NCBI GenBank assembly: GCA_964619725.1
Contig: CAZUFC010000030.1
Coordinates: 1-19,703 of the forward strand
Source of the DNA: an uncultured bacterium
GTDB taxonomy: Bacteria > CSSED10-310 > CAZUFC01
Reading direction: 5' to 3'
Length of the DNA stretch: 19,703 bases
Under the pieces are notes generated by a model that did not search any database, was not told the DNA's origin, and saw only the letters and a program-made list of their open reading frames with translations. This document shows, piece by piece, positions 15,981 through 19,703 of the stretch (its first letter is position 1; every line of letters starts with the position of its first letter). The translations under genes were made by a program, and so were the position numbers.

Positions 15981-17135
15981 ATGTTTGGAAAGAGCATAAC
16001 CCTTTTTAAAATATTCGGATTCAAGGTGCGAATCGATTTCAGTTGGCTGTTGATCGCGCTGCTGATAACCTGGTCGCTGGCGGAAGGGGTGTTTCCTGAG
16101 AATTATGAAGGTTTATCCGAAACCGTATACTGGTGGATGGGCATAATCGGAGCGTTAGGACTGTTCATCTCCGTCGTCTTTCACGAGTTGACCCATTCGC
16201 TGGTTGCGCGGCAGTTCGGTATGCCTATGAAGGGGATAACTCTGTTTATTTTCGGCGGCGTGGCAGAGATGGAAGATGAGCCGCCCAGCGCCAAAGCGGA
16301 ATTTTTCATGTCTGCGGCAGGACCTCTTTCCAGCATACTGCTTGGTTTTATCTTTTACGGGATTCTATCACTGGGCGGGAACTGGCCCAAATCCATCACA
16401 GGCGTGCTGAGTTACCTGCGCTGGATTAATTTCATTCTGGCCGGATTCAATTTGCTGCCTGCTTTTCCGCTGGACGGAGGACGCGTTCTGCGCGCCATTC
16501 TTTGGGGATGGAAGAAGAAAATACGATGGGCCACCAAAGTGACATCGAGCATCGGAAAAGGTTTCGGTTATTTTCTTATGTTCACGGGCATCTTTAATCT
16601 TATCGTCGGCGGCTATATGGGCGGATTATGGTGGTTCCTTATCGGACTCTTTCTCTCCAACGCCGCAAAAATGTCTTACCGGCAGCTCGTCACCAAACAG
16701 GCGCTCAAAGGCGAACCGGTCCGTCGCTTCATGAAATCAGAACCTGTTACCGTTCCTTCCGGCATCACGGTGAGAGATTTTACGGAAAATTACCTGTACA
16801 AACATTATTATAAAATGTTTCCGGTGTCGGATGACGGTGAGTTGAAAGGCTGCATCACGACAAAGGACATTAAAGAGATTCCTCAGGAAGAATGGGACCA
16901 GCGTAAAATCGAAGAAGTGTACAGGTCATGTTCGGAGATCAACGCGGTAGGCCCTGACACTGATGCAGTCCAGGCTCTGACCATGATGAACAAAACCGGC
17001 AACAGCCGACTTATGGTCATGGAAGGCGATAAACTCATAGGCATCATTACCCTGAAAGATTTGCTCAGGTTCCTGTCGCTTAAACTTGACCTGGAAGAAG
17101 AAGAAATTGAAGATCAAATGCCGGTTAATCAATAA
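15981..17135 (+). CDS. Site-2 protease (peptidase M50) with C-terminal tandem CBS domains
   Basis: HELTH in a TM segment, LFIFGGVA, AAGP, FNLLPAFPLDGGR, then a CBS pair (VRRFMK...FPV...GCIT; GIITLKDL). Confidence 0.95.
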   Translation: MFGKSITLFKIFGFKVRIDFSWLLIALLITWSLAEGVFPENYEGLSETVYWWMGIIGALGLFISVVFHELTHSLVARQFGMPMKGITLFIFGGVAEMEDEPPSAKAEFFMSAAGPLSSILLGFIFYGILSLGGNWPKSITGVLSYLRWINFILAGFNLLPAFPLDGGRVLRAILWGWKKKIRWATKVTSSIGKGFGYFLMFTGIFNLIVGGYMGGLWWFLIGLFLSNAAKMSYRQLVTKQALKGEPVRRFMKSEPVTVPSGITVRDFTENYLYKHYYKMFPVSDDGELKGCITTKDIKEIPQEEWDQRKIEEVYRSCSEINAVGPDTDAVQALTMMNKTGNSRLMVMEGDKLIGIITLKDLLRFLSLKLDLEEEEIEDQMPVNQ

Positions 17136-17137
17136 CC

Positions 17138-17171
17138 GCCGGAGAAAAAGCGCCCCGGCATTTTACCTGCA
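17138..17171 (+). promoter_or_regulatory. Ambiguous element: weak terminator-like hairpin and/or sigma54-like motif upstream of the baeRF gene
   Basis: GCCGG...CCGGC followed by ATTTT, overlapping CGGCATTTTACCTGCA (GG-N10-GC, 17156-17171). Confidence 0.35.
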
Positions 17172-17366
17172 ACGCTTGTGAAAAAAAGTTCTCCGCAAAA
17201 TAAAAACAAATTTTGGGACTGTTGCAACAACAATATTCCGGGCTTGCTGAAAATGTTCAAACATAAATCACGCTTCATCGGGAACCTTCCAGCGCTTCAT
17301 TAATCATGACGGAACGGAACCCGCTAAAATATTTTTTCCTGTTTAATATTCAGGAGGAGGTTATTT

Positions 17367-18518
17367 ATGAGTTTACCGACACATGATGAATTAAAGAAAT
17401 TAACTGAAACGAAAAATAAATGGTGCATTTCGATGTATTCTCCTCTCCATCCCTCGGAAACCAGGAAGAACAGATTACATTTCAAGAATCTGGCCGCTGA
17501 TTCAGAAAAACAATTGGAAAAACTTGGATTGAAACAAAATGAGAGGACTGAACTGCTTTCACCGGCCAAAGAATTGCTGGATAATTCAGAATTCTGGAGC
17601 GAATGGAAAGGAGGGTTAAGCTTATTTATATCTCCTTCTGAAAGCCGAAGATATATCATTCCCATCGAAGTCGAACCGTTGAATATCGTCAATGAAAGGT
17701 TCCATCTCAAGCCGCTGCTGCCGGCTTATATGGAGGATTACCAGTATTATCTTCTCACTTTGTCCCTGGGCGACGTCAAACTTTATAAAGGAACGCTTTT
17801 CAATTTACAGGAGCTGAGCCTGGAAAATTCCGATATACCGAAGGACATAAGCGCTTTTCTGAAATACGACGATCCGGAATCTCAGCTTCAGTATCACACC
17901 GGAACTCCTTCCGGACCGTCGAACCGTTCTGCTGTATATCACGGTCAGGGTGTAGGCAAGGATGAGACAAAGACTAACATCCTGCGATTTTTTCAGAGTG
18001 TTGACAGGGGATTCAACGATTACATCAAGGACAAGAATCTTCCGCTTCTGATTGCAGGACTGGATCATCTGTCATCCATATATTCGGAAGCGAATTCCTA
18101 TCCCCCTTTACTGCATAAGACCATAAAGGGGAATCCGGAGACGATGAATACGGAAGAGCTTCACAAGCAGGCGAAAGGCTTTATGCAGGAAAACCTGGAA
18201 AAAGCGCGCAAGGAGGCTGCTGATAAATTCAACCGCTTTTCCGGTTCAGACCGCGCCTCCCATGACTTAAATTCAATTGTGCCTGCTGCTTTCCATGCCA
18301 GGATAGAAATATTGCTGGCTGCGTCAGATACCTCAATATGGGGAAAATACCTGGCCGAAGAAGAGAAGTTGATTATCCATGAAAAGCAGGAACCCGGAGA
18401 TGAAGACCTGGTGGACCTGGCAAGCGTGAGAACCTTTCTGACGGGAGGAAAAGTCCATTTGATCAAGTCATCGCAAATGCCCGCTGATTCGCCCGTCGCT
18501 GCTGTTTACCGGTTCTAA
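17367..18518 (+). CDS. Bacterial archaeo-eukaryotic release factor family protein (baeRF7/baeRF3-like)
   Basis: AGGAGG RBS. Family-typical motifs CISMYSP, FW...GLSLF, FHLKPLL, YHGQG, PLLIAG, GNPE, DEDLVDLA...GGKV, C-terminal AAVYRF. No GGQ motif. Confidence 0.8.
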   Translation: MSLPTHDELKKLTETKNKWCISMYSPLHPSETRKNRLHFKNLAADSEKQLEKLGLKQNERTELLSPAKELLDNSEFWSEWKGGLSLFISPSESRRYIIPIEVEPLNIVNERFHLKPLLPAYMEDYQYYLLTLSLGDVKLYKGTLFNLQELSLENSDIPKDISAFLKYDDPESQLQYHTGTPSGPSNRSAVYHGQGVGKDETKTNILRFFQSVDRGFNDYIKDKNLPLLIAGLDHLSSIYSEANSYPPLLHKTIKGNPETMNTEELHKQAKGFMQENLEKARKEAADKFNRFSGSDRASHDLNSIVPAAFHARIEILLAASDTSIWGKYLAEEEKLIIHEKQEPGDEDLVDLASVRTFLTGGKVHLIKSSQMPADSPVAAVYRF

Positions 18519-18735
18519 TCCATTTGATCATTGTCATTAGATGGCGAATTAAATTCTGGAAAAACACAGAACAGTAATCGACATCTCATTCTCGCAGGCC
18601 GGGCCGTCTTCCGATTCAGAGCTTCGATGCAGCGGAAAGAAAGGAATAATTCAGTTGCCGAATCGGGCTTTGATCAAACATGCGTCTTTGAGGTTAGCAT
18701 CCTGCGGATCATCCCTTTTTGTTTCAATTGATATC

Positions 18736-18760
18736 CCGATACCGACCCCGATTACTGAAA
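18736..18760. repeat. Second copy of the CCGATACCGACCCCGAT(T)ACTGAAA element
   Basis: Matches 14399-14422 apart from one extra T. Confidence 0.7.
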
Positions 18761-18820
18761 CAAATTGTTAAAAGTTCTGAAAGAGGCGCCGCACCGGTTT
18801 GATCCGTTCCGAAATTAATA

Positions 18821-18836
18821 TGGAACAATTTTTGCT
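18821..18836 (+). promoter_or_regulatory. sigma54 -24/-12 promoter of the ferredoxin unit
   Basis: TGGAACAATTTTTGCT, 53 nt before ATG 18890. Confidence 0.8.
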
Positions 18837-18889
18837 TATTTACTCTCCGGATGCTTTAATCATCTAATTTTACGAAGGAGTTATCAAAA

Positions 18890-19096
18890 ATGAAAGTAGC
18901 AGTCGATCAGTTAAAATGCGAGGGAGCGGGCATTTGCGTGCAGGAATGCCCCCAGGTTTTTCAATTTCAACCCGGCAGCAAGAAAGCTGCCGTGGTTCTG
19001 GATAAAATTCCCAAAGCGCTGGAGGAAAAATGCCGAATGCTGGCTTATAAATGCCCGGCTGATGCCATAGAAGTCGAAGAATCGACATTTTCCTGA
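18890..19096 (+). CDS. Single-cluster ferredoxin, probably [3Fe-4S]
   Basis: CEGAGICVQECP...CPADAI (CxxAxxC...CP, with the second Cys replaced by Ala). AAGGAG RBS. Confidence 0.9.
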   Translation: MKVAVDQLKCEGAGICVQECPQVFQFQPGSKKAAVVLDKIPKALEEKCRMLAYKCPADAIEVEESTFS

Positions 19097-19146
19097 TCAA
19101 TAAAATTGCAACCGGAACATCGCAAAATGAGAAAGGTGATTTCTAC

Positions 19147-19620
19147 ATGAAGCATTGTCAGAAATGCAACAAAGAATATGAAAACGATGAAATGAAAAAA
19201 TGTCCGGAATGCGGAAATTTCCTTCAGGACGGACCGCTCCCGGGAAAGGATTTTCAGCTTGAACGGGGAGACTGGGATATGGATATGAGGGAGGCCGCCC
19301 GTGTGGAAAAGCAATGGCAGGCGGACATTATCAGGGGAAGGTTCAACAGTGAAGGCATTTCATCGCGTCAGATTCCCTCGGAAGAAGGAAGAGAATTCCG
19401 TCTGCTGCCTGAGGAACCCCCGGAAGACGCTATGGAAAGCATAGCCGTTATGGTGAAGGAAAAGGATTACGACAGAGCCAGGGAAATATTCAACAGCATG
19501 ATGAAGGAAGGACAGGCCAGATTCCAGGTATGCCGGAAATGCAATTTCGTCTACGGGGCAGAACTGAGAAGTTGCCCCAAATGCGGGACCCTGGCCCAAA
19601 GCCGATCCGCTGAATTATAA
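19147..19620 (+). CDS. Protein with N- and C-terminal zinc-ribbon-like modules flanking a DUF2007/PII-like domain
   Basis: CQKC..CPEC and CRKC..CPKC. The middle ADIIRGRFNSEGI...IAVMVKEKDYDRAREIF resembles DUF2007. AAGGTG RBS. Confidence 0.75.
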   Translation: MKHCQKCNKEYENDEMKKCPECGNFLQDGPLPGKDFQLERGDWDMDMREAARVEKQWQADIIRGRFNSEGISSRQIPSEEGREFRLLPEEPPEDAMESIAVMVKEKDYDRAREIFNSMMKEGQARFQVCRKCNFVYGAELRSCPKCGTLAQSRSAEL

Positions 19621-19703
19621 AGCCGGTTTTTCAAGCAAGGTTTTAGTAATTTGCCGATCCAGGAATGGAGTTTTATTATCCGCGAAATTTCACGAATTCA
19701 CGC

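Noticed and set aside
18691-18706. Additional GG-N10-GC match (AGGTTAGCATCCTGCG)
   Set aside because: It lacks the flanking consensus; bare GG-N10-GC occurs often by chance.
1-19703. tRNA/rRNA genes, transposases, integrases
   Set aside because: None were recognised, so mobility of the AT-rich block is inferred from composition only.

Overview
Bacterial window with three blocks. (1) 1-4100 is an AT-rich minus-strand cluster of unknown genes: a 113-aa ORF, a 1031-aa protein with repeated G-x-F-D beta motifs and a C-terminal HExxH...ExxAD zinc-peptidase-like site, and a 3'-truncated ORF missing from the ORF track. A palindrome overlaps its candidate promoter. (2) 4918-8430 is a divergently transcribed, secreted, repeat-built PKD/beta-sandwich protein behind a near-consensus sigma70 promoter. 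(3) 8534-19620 looks like a sigma54-controlled stress island. It carries an NtrC-type activator and a stand-alone receiver (no kinase in the window), an orphan amrS, a frameshifted GlsB/YeaQ/YmgE-type gene, a Rieske-FAD reductase, PfpI, a 1Fe superoxide reductase, an M50-CBS protease, a baeRF-family factor, a [3Fe-4S]-type ferredoxin and a Cys-knuckle protein. Five good and two weaker -24/-12 motifs precede these units. All calls come from motif reading; no searches were run.
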